Part shown: positions 38,905-51,375 of the stretch, one piece after another | How the letters are laid out: each line of letters opens with the position of its first letter | Position numbering within the stretch: position 1 is the stretch's first letter | Origin: Mobula hypostoma | Lineage: Eukaryota | Direction: 5' to 3' | NCBI RefSeq assembly: GCF_963921235.1 | Contig: NC_086097.1 | Location: forward strand, 63,242,001 to 63,306,000 | Length of the DNA: 64,000 nt | Program-made: the position numbers and the translations under genes | Notes under the pieces: generated by a model | What the model saw: only the letters and a program-made list of their open reading frames with translations | Database searches by the model: none | What the model was told of the DNA's origin: nothing

Positions 38905-39139
38905 GCTCTAATGTATTTAATATTTCAGTAATATCTGAGTACTATTGTAAAAATATTGTTTGATGAAGCATTGTTTACATAATTCATTACGGGTTATAAG
39001 TAAGAAGTACATGAATGACACACATCACTACGCCATCACATCATACACGAGTGCCTCACTAAAGAAAAATTAAGTAGACCACTAACCTGGGCTCCTGTGT
39101 TTTCCTTGTGATTAGTTTATAGAGCTACAAAACTTAAGC
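38905..39139 (+). mobile_element. Solo LTR related to the LTRs of the element at 55129-60533 (opposite orientation)
   Basis: TGTATTTAATATTTCAGTAATAT...GTGCCTCACTAAAG...CAAAAC is the reverse complement of 60306-60533. Confidence 0.75.
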
Positions 39140-39495
39140 AAAGTCCAGATCATTGGTACAGAAAGCTCAGAATAACAAATGACAAAAAAATGACACAATG
39201 GCCTACATTTCAAGACTTGTCTATTGAATTTGTAGGGACTAAATTAGACCTGTCTCACACAATCTAATTTAAATAAACAAAGCCAAAGCTATTTGATAAT
39301 TAACATCCACAAGGTGTTGTACACATACACCAATCTTTAGGATGGATTAAAATCATTACCAAAATTGTACAGTCCTCTGCGCGAACATTTATAAGGCTCT
39401 TCAGGGAATCCAGTATCATTTACAAAATCAAGAGGCTGTTACACCTGAAAATCAGAATCAAAATCAAGTTTATTATTGCTGTCTTATACAATGTG

Positions 39496-39820
39496 GTATT
39501 GGTGTGTGGCCAAGTGGTTAAGGCGTTCGTCTAGTGATTTGAAGGTCGCTAGTTCGAGCCTTAGCTGAGACCGCGTGTTGTGCCCTTGAGCAAGACACTT
39601 AACCACACATTGCTCTGCGACGACACTGGTGCCAAGCTGTATGGGTCCTAATGCCCTTCCCTTGGACAACATCAGTGGCATGGAGAGGGACGACTTGCAG
39701 CATGGGCAACTGCCGGTCTTCCATACAACCTTGCCCAGGCCTGCGCCCTGGAAACCTTCCAAGGCGCAAATCCATGGTCTCACAAGACTAACGGATGTCT
39801 ATATATATATATATACACAC
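39496..39820 (+). mobile_element. tRNA-derived SINE with a (TA)n/(CA)n tail
   Basis: A box TGGCCAAGTGG, B box GTTCGAGCC, exact TSD ACAATGTG (39488-39495 / 39821-39828). Confidence 0.85.
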
Positions 39821-40063
39821 ACAATGTGAAATTTGTTGTTTTGCAGTAGCAGTGCAGTGCAAAAGCATAAAACCATGAGATATTACAAAGAAATAATGAA
39901 AAAGAAAAGAATACTGTGGTCGTGTTTATGGCTTCATGGACGAATCAGAAATCTGATGGCTGTGGAGAAGCTGTTTCTGAATTATTGAGAGAGGTATCTT
40001 CAGCCTCCTGTACCTCCTGCTTGATGGTAGCAATGAGAAGAGGGAACGTCCCAGAGCAACATA

Positions 40064-40468
40064 ACCTGCAGATGCTGGAAATCTAGATGAACACACAAAA
40101 TACTGAGGGATCTCAGCATATCAGGGAGCACCTATATAAGGAAATAAACAGTCAATGTTTTGGACTGATTCCCTTCATCAGGACTGGAAAGGAAGGAGGA
40201 AGAAGCCAGAATAAGAAGGTGATGGGAAGAGATGGAGTACAAGCTAGCCTGTGTTAGGTGAAGCCAGGTATTGGAAGATGTGGTTGAGTGGACCGGGAGG
40301 GATGGTGAGAAGCTGGCAGGTAATAGGTGGAAAAGGGCCTCACCTGACTTATTCTGACTTCTTCCTCTTCCTTTCTAGTCCTGATGAAGTGTCTCGGCCC
40401 AAAACATCAACTGTTTATTCACTTCCAAAGATGCAGCCTGACCTGCTGATTTCCCCCAGCATGTTCTA
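40064..40468. mobile_element. Older inverted Penelope pLTR pair
   Basis: Minus arm about 40064-40335, plus arm about 40340-40468. Decayed hammerhead motifs (CTGATGA...AAAACATC). Confidence 0.7.
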
Positions 40469-40670
40469 AAACATATGGGCCCCTGATGATGGATGCTGCC
40501 TCCCTGAGACTTGAAACTCTTGGAGATATCCTCGGTGATGGAGTTGGCTGAGCCTGCAGCACTCTGCAACCTCGTGACTCTGAGCACCGGAAGCTCCAAG
40601 CCACGTTGTAATACAACCAGTCAGAATGCTCTCCACCGTACAGCTAAAGGAGTTAGGAGAGTGTTTGATG

Positions 40671-40960
40671 GGGCCGGCTGGTGGCGCAATGACATCAGCG
40701 CCGGACTCTGGAACAGAGGTTCCCAGGTTCAAACCCAGTCGAGACCGCTCCCGAGTACGCTTTCCATCCGGACCGGGTTGAGTGTCGAGATCGCAACTCA
40801 ACCTCGTAAAATGAAGGGAAAAATACTGCGAAATGTCTGTGAGGAGTGGCGCGCCACACAGTCTCTCTCTCTCTCGCTCCGCGCCTTGTAAAGGCATGAA
40901 ACAGACATCATCCCGCCAACTTCGCACACGCACAGACACAGTCACACACGCCAAAAAAAA
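40671..40960 (+). mobile_element. tRNA-derived SINE with poly(A) tail, CpG-rich
   Basis: A-box-like TGGCGCAATGA, B box GGTTCAAACCC, A8 tail, TSD GAGTGTTTGATG/GAGGGTTTGATG (40659-40670 / 40962-40973). Confidence 0.82.
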
Positions 40961-41019
40961 GGAGGGTTTGATGACGTACAGTGGAAGAAGGGTCAGGAAA
41001 AGGGTTAATGAACTAAGAC

Positions 41020-41128
41020 TCTTCATCTTTTTTTTCTCCAGTCCTGATGAAGGGTCTCGGCCCAAAACATCAACTGTACTCTTTTCCATAGATGCTGCCT
41101 GGCCTGCTGAGTTCCTCCAGCATCTTGT
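41020..41128 (+). mobile_element. Penelope pLTR fragment with a decayed hammerhead motif
   Basis: AGTCCTGATGAAGGGTCTCGGCCCAAAACATCAACT...GATGCTGCCTGGCCTGCTG. Confidence 0.75.
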
Positions 41129-41419
41129 GATCTATCTCACTACTGTATGCATGTTTGCCACCATCTGAGATTTTACGAATAACAGTAGTATCAATACAGA
41201 ACTTATAAATGGCATTTGAGCAATGCTTAGCCACACAGTCATGCAATCATAATTGCAAATGAAAACTTCCTGCATATATGAGACAACATTCAGAGGATAT
41301 GGCAGCAAATATGCCCTTGTGCAGAATCACAAGCACAGTGGTTGGGACCAAATCAACAAAAGGTTTTGTAATTTGTGCAATAAAAGTTTTAATAGTTTGA
41401 ATGGTGAGATTTATGGAAA

Positions 41420-41708
41420 CATGAGGTGGATGATTAGTCTTTTTCCCAGGGTAGAATAGTCTGAAACTAGGGGCCATAGTTTTAAGGTGATAAATAACAA
41501 TCTTTTCCACAAAGATGGTTGTATGTATCTGGAGTGAGATAGTGATGAAAGTGTGAGCAACTATAAATCTTGAAAGAAATCAGCAAGGTGTAAGGGTAGC
41601 AAAGGTTTGTAGGGTCATGAGCCAAATTCAAGCAAATGGAACTAGCTCGGATAGGACGTTGGGCCAAAGGGCCTGTCTCTTGTTGTATAACTCTATGACT
41701 CTATGACC
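41420..41708 (+). mobile_element. Degraded CR1 3' end
   Basis: AACTAGGGGCCATAGTTTTAAGG...GGGCCAAAGGGCCTG and a (CTCTATGA)n tail. Confidence 0.6.
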
Positions 41709-43620
41709 TGGTAAATCATCCCAATGTAATTCTACCCCATTTCTTAAAAAAACCATCTGTGAGAAACATCCCTTATCACCTGAGCTCCTTCTTCTTTACT
41801 AGTGTCACTGTTATTCTGTTTGAATCATCTGTTATGGAATGATTTGAACACTTACCACTATTCCAAATGGTCCTTTAGCTAATCAGCCTGAATGTTAGAT
41901 ATCTGTGCTCTTGACTTCTGACTGAAGAACCCTTGTATGAATATGAGCAGTAGAGAACATGAGCGAAATATTAAACAACAATTTTCAATTATTTTTCACC
42001 AGGATACATTTATCTTCCAGATACTAAATGTGAAAGGGAAAGCTCAGGGCTCTTGAGAAAAGGCATCCTTCCTCCTTTTGAAAGATTTGCATCCTTTTTC
42101 CACAGGGGAAGGTGATGCTTGCACTGAAGCAAGGGGGATAAAATAATCCAGCAGGAATGCCCATTGACTCCTACAAACAAAAAATGACTGGACCTTGTGC
42201 ACTTCTCCATTCTGAGAAGCTCTGAGAAGGTACATTGAACCAAATTTTATTTATTTTTGGGTACCAGATGTCAATTTCAGAGCTGTAAGATTCCCAACTG
42301 TTGACTTTAGACAGCAACCAGGATTCTCAACAGCTGGTAGCCTCTACTTTCCATCCTTGCTTCCAACAGCAAGGCTCTGCCAAAGAAGAGAATTCACCAG
42401 GGAAGCACATGATCTGCTAAAATAAGACAAACCTGGAAATGCAAACAAAGCAAGGTCTGTGTTGGCTATGCTTAGCTGGTATCAACTTTAAACAGAAAAA
42501 CATTCCTTAAATACTAATGATCCATCATTAAAACAATGCCAAGTATCATTTTATTTAATAATATATCATTAATACAGTAAAGTTCAGCATCAACACTTTG
42601 TGGCAGGGAGCACTACATGGAGCCTATTGATTAATGCTACTGATTTCCTGATTTCAGCCAATTTTCCTTCTCTTCAGCAGACCCTTGGGACTGAGAATGA
42701 CTTGCTTACATTGCAGTTCTTGAGCTCTGGGATTACTGTTAAGTCTTTGGTGGGATATACAGACTGCCACAAGAAGACTTTTTATATTAAACGTAATTAA
42801 AACCATGTCTATCATATTTCCTGGAGAACGGCATTCACATTGTGACAGATAGAGCTCTTCAGCCACTGGAAGGAAGACGTTCTGGAAGATCTTTGCAGAC
42901 TACCTTGGAAACCCCTACCACAACCAAGCATTAATTTGTTCAAATTACCTAGCATACTTGTCAGCATGAACTCCCACCGGAAGTTCTTCTCTGCCATGTT
43001 TCAATACTTCAGCAGAAATTTGATCTTCTCTAGACTGTTTTTTTCTTAGGTATTGGATGACCTTCCCAATTTTTTGCTGGCTAGGGAAGCAGTGTGGTAA
43101 GAAAGGAAGATCTGCTGCAGGATGGACTCGAGGATACTTACATCCAAGAGGAATGTCATAGAGTTGATGGAGTCATACAGTTGAAAAACAGGCCCTTTGG
43201 CTGAGCTCATAATACCATACAGGATGTCCATTTAATCAAGTCCTTTTGCAAAAGTTGAGTTCTTTGAAGATCTTCCTGAACAAAATTGTGGTGGGTCCCT
43301 GCATCTTGGGACTGAGAATGAATCAACACATGCCATGATCATCATCTAGTTGCCAGATATTTGATAACCCTGCTCCCAACCTTCTTTTCTTCAGGTCAAG
43401 GGTCTTTAGTTGGATCCCAGCCTTCAGATCCACGCTTTGTTTTTCCTTTGAGACATGATGGTGCTCACAATCTAAGAATCTTTGCATTTATGCTGAATCA
43501 TCTCTGTAATCTCCTGGTTGTTTCAGCTTTTTTTTTGATAATTTGATTGGGGGTGATAGAAGCAAAATTTAGAAAAGAGGTTCAACAGAAAAAGTGAGCT
43601 GATATTGCTTACTTTACAAA

Positions 43621-44262
43621 TGAAACACATTGGTTTCCTTGGCTGCCTAAGTCTAGGGAAGACAACACCCGACCAGCCAAACTTATCAGATTGAGGCACA
43701 CTTGATTCCACCCCAAACCTTGGTTTGTGTGGATGCTGTGTCATCTATCCTGTTACAAATTAGTGCCATGAAATAACAGGGTATACTGCATCCAATTAAA
43801 GGAATTATATTTATGAATCTTAACTAAAGGGTTAGTAAAGAATAACAAAAAGAAAAGGGCCCATTTTAAATGTGCACAAGTTGGAGTTTATCTGGAACTT
43901 CTCTGTCACCCATGCACTGGGTCCTCGGTCAACATGAAAGCACACACCACCTTCTGAACGTCGCTCATAATCCATTTCAACAAGCGAGTCTCCCACCGGA
44001 TCGGATGCTACAACCTGTTTTCACCAGCATCTTCTCCCTTCATCTCCTCTCGAACAAAGGCCCCAAGCCCAACCTTAGTGTCCCTCACCAGAGAAACCTC
44101 CCCTTAATCCAACCATCCTAATTGGATGGCACACATTTCTCCTCATCTCTTATCTTCAACAGTAACCCAAACAAGCATGAAAAGAGAACAGACTGCTCTT
44201 ACAGAACTGCCAAAATGAAATACATACAGCATAACAGTAAAAAAATGAACCAGGGCATTACA
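43621..44262. mobile_element. Probable solo LTR (642 bp)
   Basis: TG...CATTACA termini with TSD CAAA (43617-43620 / 44263-44266). No coding remnant. Confidence 0.5.
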
Positions 44263-46810
44263 CAAATTTTCAGTGGCCTCAATGATACAGCCAGCAGATA
44301 TGCTACCAGAGACCTAGCTTCATTCCTGATCCTCCAGTGATATCTGTGAGGAGTGTTCATGTTCTCCTCGTGTGGGTTTTAACAATATGCTCTGAATTCT
44401 TCCCATATCTTAAAGATGTATGCAAAGACTCCTGCTCACATCTTTAATATATTTGTCTGGAGCTGATGGAAATGTGCAGAGATAAGATTACAGGGTTTTT
44501 TGAGGGTTTGCGTTGCTCTGGGAACTGAGGCAGCAGAAGTGGCCTCCATATGTATGATAAGGAAACATGCTGCTGTGACTATGATTGAAGTCACCAGAGA
44601 GACACTGAAGCAGGTGTTACAAAACTTTTAATTCATTATGACAAGCAGGTGTTCTTCTGGAGACTATCACAGTAGAGCCTCACAAACTCAAAATTACATT
44701 AATTTTTTTACACCCTGTAAATCAAAGATAAGCAGTTCAATACAATTTCAATAATTACGATGACATTACTTACTCCATTACTTTGGGGTGTCAATGTTTC
44801 CTTCGAATTACAAATCTGTGAGAGACACCTCTGAATGTTCAAACAGCCCTGATGGGACAAACTGATAGACACTGATATACAAAAAACTTCTGAAGACAGA
44901 AAGCCAGACACACCAGGATTGGGTTTTGTGCAAGCTGACTCTCTGAGTACACAACAGATCAGCTTTTTGATGTGCTAAGTGATAGAATCAGTCTGGTCTG
45001 CAAGCTTCCATGAAATTGTTTATAATGGTGCAAATCACTTAAACCCATACAGTAGTTGCTTGGATTGATGCAGGCCAATTAACACAGCCCCACTGTCTTA
45101 ATGTTTGGCTGATGCAGATGCAAGCATCTCATGGTCACCATTTTCAAACCATATCTCTTAGACTGTGGACCTGCCTGTGCTCCATGGACAGGAATGTTTA
45201 TTTGTAAAGATGTGCTTTTAGCTTCAATTTCCTGCTTCTGATTTACAATTTACATTAAGATCTGGTTCTTCTTTGAATTAATATCTGCTATATTCACATA
45301 AATCCAGAATACAACCTAAGACAAGCTATATGTTAATATGGTCTAAAATAATTGCAGAATGTTGCAGTGGATCCGGTAAAAGTGGCTATATCAGTAAAAT
45401 GTTGAGGCTGACCTGGTAAAAATGGATTTATTTCCATTTCAACTGCATTGACTTAGGAGTGACCTGCTTTAGCGAGATCTCATTCAAGAGCTCTTCCTCA
45501 TATTTCTAAGTTTGCCAGGGTTCAGAAACCCTGGTTTCTGAAGGGAAATGCGAAATGCCAGAGTCTGAGATGATTAGGATACCCCAAGAGAGACAGGAAC
45601 ACTCAACCCTGGTCCCGCAAGCAAACCTCTGCCATTTATTTCATTCCCAGCACCGCTCAACTTCTCCCCAATCTGCCTCGATTCCCCCACCTCCTCTTCC
45701 CACTCCAAATTCTCAGTTATTTGTTTTTAAACCTGTCCAGAAAGGACCTAAAAGCAAGCTAGATCAAACTGGCACTGCTGCATACCCCAGCTGCTGTTGT
45801 GCAAAACTGTAGCCAATTTCTCTTGGCAAACATAATTCAAGCAAATGGCTGCAATGTAAATACATTCAGCAAAAATATATGGCTACGGAATATTCCAGAA
45901 GCAATTCTTGTGCTTCCATCTGGTCAAAAATACATTAAAATTCCAGGAAAATATCTGCGTAAACCATATCACACTATATTTGGATTGAATAAAGACCATA
46001 AGACCATAAGACATAGGAGCAGAATTAGGCCAATCAGCCCTCCATTGATCCTGCTCCACCATTCCATCATGGTTGATCCTGGATTCCACTCAACCCTATA
46101 CACCTGCCTTCTTGCCATATCTTTGATGCCCCAACCAATCAGGAAACCAGCAACTTCTGCTTTAAATATATCCACGGGCTTGGCCTCCACTGTAGTCTGT
46201 GGCAGAGCATTCCACAGATTCACTACTTTCTGGCTAAAAAAAAATCCTCCTTACTTCTGTTCTAAAAGGTCACCCCTCAGTTTTAAGGCTGTGTCCTCTA
46301 GTTCTGGATACCCCCATCACAGGAAACATCTTCTCCACATCCACCTTATCTAGTCCTTTCAATAGTCGGTAGGTTTCCATGAGATCCCCCCACATTCTTT
46401 TAAATTCCAGGCCCAAAGTTGCCAAACACTCGTCATATATTAACCACTTCGTTCCCAGAATCATGCTTGTGAACCTCCTCTGAACCCTCTCCAATGTCAA
46501 CACATCCTTTCTGAGCCATGGGACCCAAAACAGTTGATAATTCTCCAAGTGTGGCCTGACTAGTGTCTTATAAAACCTCAGCATTATCTCCTTGCTTTTC
46601 TATTCTATTCCCATTGAAATAAATGCCAACATTGCATTTGCCTTCTTTACCACAGGCTCAATCTGTAAATTAGCCTTCTGGGAGTCTTGTTCAAGGACTG
46701 CTAAGTCCCCCTGCACCTCTGATGTTTAAATTTTCTCCCCATTTAGTCTGCACTATTGTTCTTTTCACCAAAATGCATTATCATACATTTCCCAACACTA
46801 TATTCCACTT

Positions 46811-47046
46811 CAAGCAACACACATCAAAGTTGCTGGTGAACGCAGCAGGCCAGGCAGCATCTGTAGGAAGAGGTGCAGTCGACATTTCAGGCCGAGACCC
46901 TTCGTCAGGACTGTGTCCTCTGAGTCCTGACGAAGGGTCTCGGCCTGAAACGTCGACTGCACCTCTTCCTACAGATGCTGCCTGGCCTGCTGCGTTCACC
47001 ATGTGTGTTGCTTGAATTTCCAGCATCTGCAGAATTCCTGTTGTTT
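46811..47046. mobile_element. 236-bp palindromic non-coding Penelope mini-insertion
   Basis: Two inverted pLTR ends around a 10-nt loop (46913-46922). Exact 14-bp TSD ACTATATTCCACTT (46797-46810 / 47047-47060). Confidence 0.92.
46923..46958 (+). ncRNA. Minimal hammerhead ribozyme motif (mirror copy on minus at 46877-46912)
   Basis: AGTC-CTGACGA-AGGGTCTCGGCCT-GAAA-CGTC-GACT. The minus copy has GAAATGTC. Confidence 0.75.
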
Positions 47047-49234
47047 ACTATATTCCACTTGTCACTTTTTTGCCCATTCTTTCAGCTTGTCTAAGTCCTG
47101 CTGCAATCACATTGCTTATTCAGCACTACCTACCCAACTACCTACCTTCGTATCATCATCAAACTTTGCCACAACACCATCAATTCCATTGTAAATTATT
47201 GACAAAATGTGAAAAGTAAATGCCCCAATACTGACCCCTGAGAAACACTACTAGTCACTGAGAGCCAACCAGAAAAGGCCCCTTTTAGTCCCACTCGATG
47301 CCTCCTGCTATTCCTCTATCCATGCCAATATCTTTTCTGTAACACTGGAGGATTTTCCCTTATTAAGCAGCCGCATATGTGGCACCTTTTCAAATGCCTT
47401 CTGAAAATCCAAGTCAATGAAATCCACTGTCTCTCCTTTGCCACCCTGCTTGTTACTTCCTTGAAGAATTCTATGAGATTTGTCAAGCAATATTTCCCTT
47501 TACAGAAACCATGTTGACTTTGATTTATTTTAGCATTAGTCTCCAAGTACCCAAAACCTCATCCTTAATAATAGACTCCAACACTTTCCGAAGCACTGAG
47601 TTTAGGCTAACTGGCCTATAATTTCCTTTCTTTTGCCTTCCTCCCTTCTTAAAGAGTGGAGTGACATTCACAATTTTCCATCTTCTGGTTTCATGCCAGA
47701 ATCAAGTGATCCTTGAAAGATAAAGATGAATGCATCCATTATCTCTTCAGTAACTTCCCTTGGGCACTGGGATGTAGTCCATCTGGTCCAGATGACTTAT
47801 CCACCTTAAGACCTTTCAGTTTGCCTAGCATGTTTTCCTTTGAAATAGTAATGGCACTCACTCCTGCTCCCTGACACTCGCGGACCTCTGGCACACTGTT
47901 AGTATCTTCCACAGTGAAGTCTAATGCAAAGTGCTCATTAAGTTCATCTGCTATTTCTTTATCTCCCATTACCACCTCATCAGTATCATTTTCCAGTGGT
48001 CCAATATCAACTCTCACTTCTCTTACTTTTTACATGAGTGAAAACAGTTTTAGTATCCTGTTTTTTTTATTATTGGCTAGCTTCCCCTCATTTTTCCTCT
48101 TTTCCCTTCTTTAAAGAAATGTTCCTGCATTTATCATAAAATATTAATGGCAAAAGAAGAATCATTGCAATAGGCATTGAGATTCTGAAAGGGAATATAT
48201 GCCCAAACCACCATGAAATCTGTGAGGCCACTCCATGCTGATCTATGATAGCAAAGGGCAGGTTGCACCATTCTGTAATAATCAAGCATAGATGAGCCAG
48301 TGTAGATGATCATAAACAATTGTTTATTGTGGTTTCAACTGTAAAGTTTAAGTATGAAAAAATACCCAGTCTCAGTTTCATTAAGACAGTATACAACTGG
48401 CCAAGCGTACCCTTTTCTAACCCTGCTATGATGTGAAATTGGTTTCTGAAATGCCCCAGTCCCTGAAGATAGTTCCTTCTGTCTACTGAAATGATCAACC
48501 CTCAAAAATAAAGATCCATTGGATGGCTCTTATGGACGTTCAGTTTCTCACTGACACACTGCCAGTCTCTCAGCCTGAGAACCTTGTATTTGTTGATGTT
48601 GAATAGAATCACAATTACACCCACAGATTGACTGGAAAATCTCGCAGCAGTGTAAAATTGGCCCTGTTGAGCTGACAGGAACAGACAAATAGCAATCATT
48701 TTTATGCACTTATTCAAGCAGTTACTTCTGTTTCAAACAGAGGACTACCAAAGAGTTGATTTGCATTCATTGTTTGTCCTCTAGTTTCAAAATGCACATC
48801 AATAATGACCTCTTTAAGATTGATGTCCATCCATCTGGACAAGAGGCTTGAGCTTCATTAATGTTCATCAGTAGCAATACATCCAAAGAACTCAATGTGT
48901 TTTTATACAATGGGCCATATTTTCTGCTGCTCACTCAGTTGTTTGAACTCAAAGCCAATGCTTACAATGCAGCAGGATTCTGTATGTTCTATTAAAGGCT
49001 GGCTTTGATGGCAACACCAAGCATAGCACAGGGACTTTCAAAGCAATACCGATCAGTTCTGTCCCAAAGTGCCTCTGGAAGATGAAAAAGCTTTACCCCA
49101 ATAGATATACCAACTGATAAAGCTGCTACTGAGATTTAATAAATGCTCCAAAATTTTAAAAAGTGCTATCATCATGATCAATATATGAAAAATATTCTAA
49201 TCAAAATACTATTAGAAATTGATTAGAATTCAAC

Positions 49235-50054
49235 TATTATTGACGAGGAGATGTACAGGAGTGAGATAAGTTGGCTGTTTTAGTGGAGTCACAACAGAAA
49301 CCATTCACTCTACATCAATAAGACCAAGCAATTGCTTGTGAACATCAGGAAGGGGAAGTTGAGGGAGCACACACTAGTCCTTATCAGGGGGTCAGAGTGA
49401 AAAGGGTGAGGAATTCCAAATTCCTGGGTGTCATATCTCTGAAGAACTTTCCTGGGCCCAACACATTGATGCAATCATGAAAAACAAATGGCAGCAGTAA
49501 AGTTTCATTAGGAGTCAGAGGAGATTTGGTATGTCACCAAAGACTAACAAATTTCTACTGATGTACTATAGAGATCGTTCTAACAAGTTGCATGAGCACC
49601 AGGTATGGAGGGGCCTCTTCACAGGATTGGAAAAGGCTGCAGGGGGATGCACACTCAGCCAGCTCCATCATGGGCACTGGCCTCCCGAGCTTCAAGGACA
49701 TCTTCAAAAGGCAATGATTCAAATTGGCAGCATTCTTTATCAAGGACCCCCATGACCCACGACATGCTCTCTTCTTATTACTATCATCAGAAAGAAGTCA
49801 CAGGAACCTGAAGCCACGCTCTCAATATTTTAGGAGCAGCTTCTTCCCAGCCACCACCAGATTTCTGAATGGGCAATGAAACAACCCATCATAACTATTT
49901 TGCTATTTTTGCTCTTTCTGGAGTATTTACTTAATTCTGTATGTATAGAGTATATTTCTCATTGTAATTCATTCTTTTTATGTATTTCACTGCACTGTTG
50001 CTGCAAAACCACAAATTTCATGACATGTCAGTGGCATTAAAACTGATTGATTCT
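49235..50054 (+). mobile_element. Degraded Rex/Babar 3' fragment
   Basis: Similar to 38020-38838, e.g. AAGACCAAG..., AAATTCCTGGGTGTC, GCAGCTTCTTCCC and ACAAATTTCATGACAT. Confidence 0.75.
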
Positions 50055-50142
50055 AATTAAAATGTTGCATTAAAAATGATGTTCATTAATCAAATATGAA
50101 AGTAATTCGTTTGCACTCACTGATCACTCAACACTTGTTCCA

Positions 50143-51375
50143 CCCATTGAGATCAATGGACCCAATGGGTTTAACATCCTCCCATTGAGATCAATGGGTC
50201 CACTGGATTTAACATACTCCCATTGAGATCAATGGGCCCAATGGGTTTAACATCCTCCCATTGAGATCAATGGGCCCACTGAGTTTAACATCCTCCCATT
50301 GAGATCAATGGGTCCAATGGGTTTAACATCCTGCCATTGAGATCAATGGGCCCACTGGGTTTAACATCCTCCCATCGAGATCAATGGGCCCAATGGGTTT
50401 AACATCCTGCCATTGAGATCAATGGGCCCACTGGGTTTAACATCCTCCCATTGAGATCAATGGGCCCAATGGGTTTATCATCCTCCCATTGAGATCAATG
50501 GGCCCAATGGGTTTAACATCCTCCCATTGAGATCAATGGGCCCAATGGGTTTAACATCCTCCCATTGAGATCAATGGGCCCACTGGGTTTAACATCCTCC
50601 CATTGAGATCAATGGGCCCGCTGGGTTTAACATCCTCCCATTGAGATCAATGGGCCCACTGGGTTTAACATCCTGCCATTGAGATCAATGGGCCCACTGG
50701 GTTTAACATCCTCCCATTGAGAGCAATGGGCCCACTGGGTTTAACATCCTGCCATTGAGATCAATGGGCCCACTGGGTTTAACATCCTCCCATTGAGAGC
50801 AATGGGCCCACTGGGTTTAACATCCTCCCATTGAGAGCAATGGGCCCACTGGGTTTAACATCCTCCCATTGAGAGCAATGGGCCCACTGGGTTTAACATC
50901 CTCCCATTGAGAGCAATGGGCCCACTGGGTTTAACATCCTGCCATTGAGATCAATGGGCCCACTGGGTTTAACATCCTCCCATTGAGAGCAATGGGCCCA
51001 CTGGGTTTAACATGCTCCCATTGAGAGCAATGGGCCCACTGGGTTTAACATCCTCCCATTGAGAGCAATGGGCCCACTGGGTTTAACATCCTCCCATTGA
51101 GAGCAATGGGCCCACTGGGTTTAACATCCTGCCATTGAGATCAATGGGCCCACTGGGTTTAACATCCTCCCATTGAGATCAATGGGCCCACTGGGTTTAA
51201 CATCCTCCCATTGAGAGCAATGGGCCCACTGGGTTTAACATCCTCCCATTGACAGCAATGGGCCCACTCAGTTTAACATTCTCCCTTTGAAGTGAATGCA
51301 CTGGGTTTAATGTCCTCGCATTGTGGGCATTGGACCCACTGGGATTAGCATCCTCCCATTGAAGTCAATGGGCCC
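50143..51375. repeat. 38-bp palindromic minisatellite, left array (about 32 units)
   Basis: Head-to-tail unit CCCATTGAGATCAATGGGCCCACTGGGTTTAACATCCT with no spacers. Confidence 0.97.

Larger units (their letters stand above)
39450..40660 (-). mobile_element. Rex/Babar 3' fragments hosting SINE and Penelope insertions
   Basis: AATCAGAATC tail at 39450. 39940-40053 and 40480-40660 match Rex/Babar 3' coding sequence (CTVESILTGCITTW). Confidence 0.65.
45992..48110 (-). mobile_element. CR1 LINE, degraded, 5'-truncated
   Basis: ORFs 47739-48017, 47316-47546, 46270-46584 and 45969-46223 are consecutive CR1 pieces. (AGACCATA)n tail on +. Confidence 0.9.

Noticed and set aside
39500..39575. tRNA gene
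   Set aside because: The A/B boxes run into a 250-bp SINE body with a tail and TSD, and no clean cloverleaf is evident. The same applies to 40671 and 16620-16686.
42003..42111. Candidate exon (AG...GT, open frame YIYLPDTKCERES...)
   Set aside because: The opposite strand (LPLWKKDANLSKGG...ELSL) resembles a decayed LINE RT motif, and no host protein is recognisable.
48310..48717. Short ORFs in apparently unique DNA
   Set aside because: FNINKYKVL and LGQLYTVLMKLRL look like very old LINE RT remnants; too decayed to annotate.
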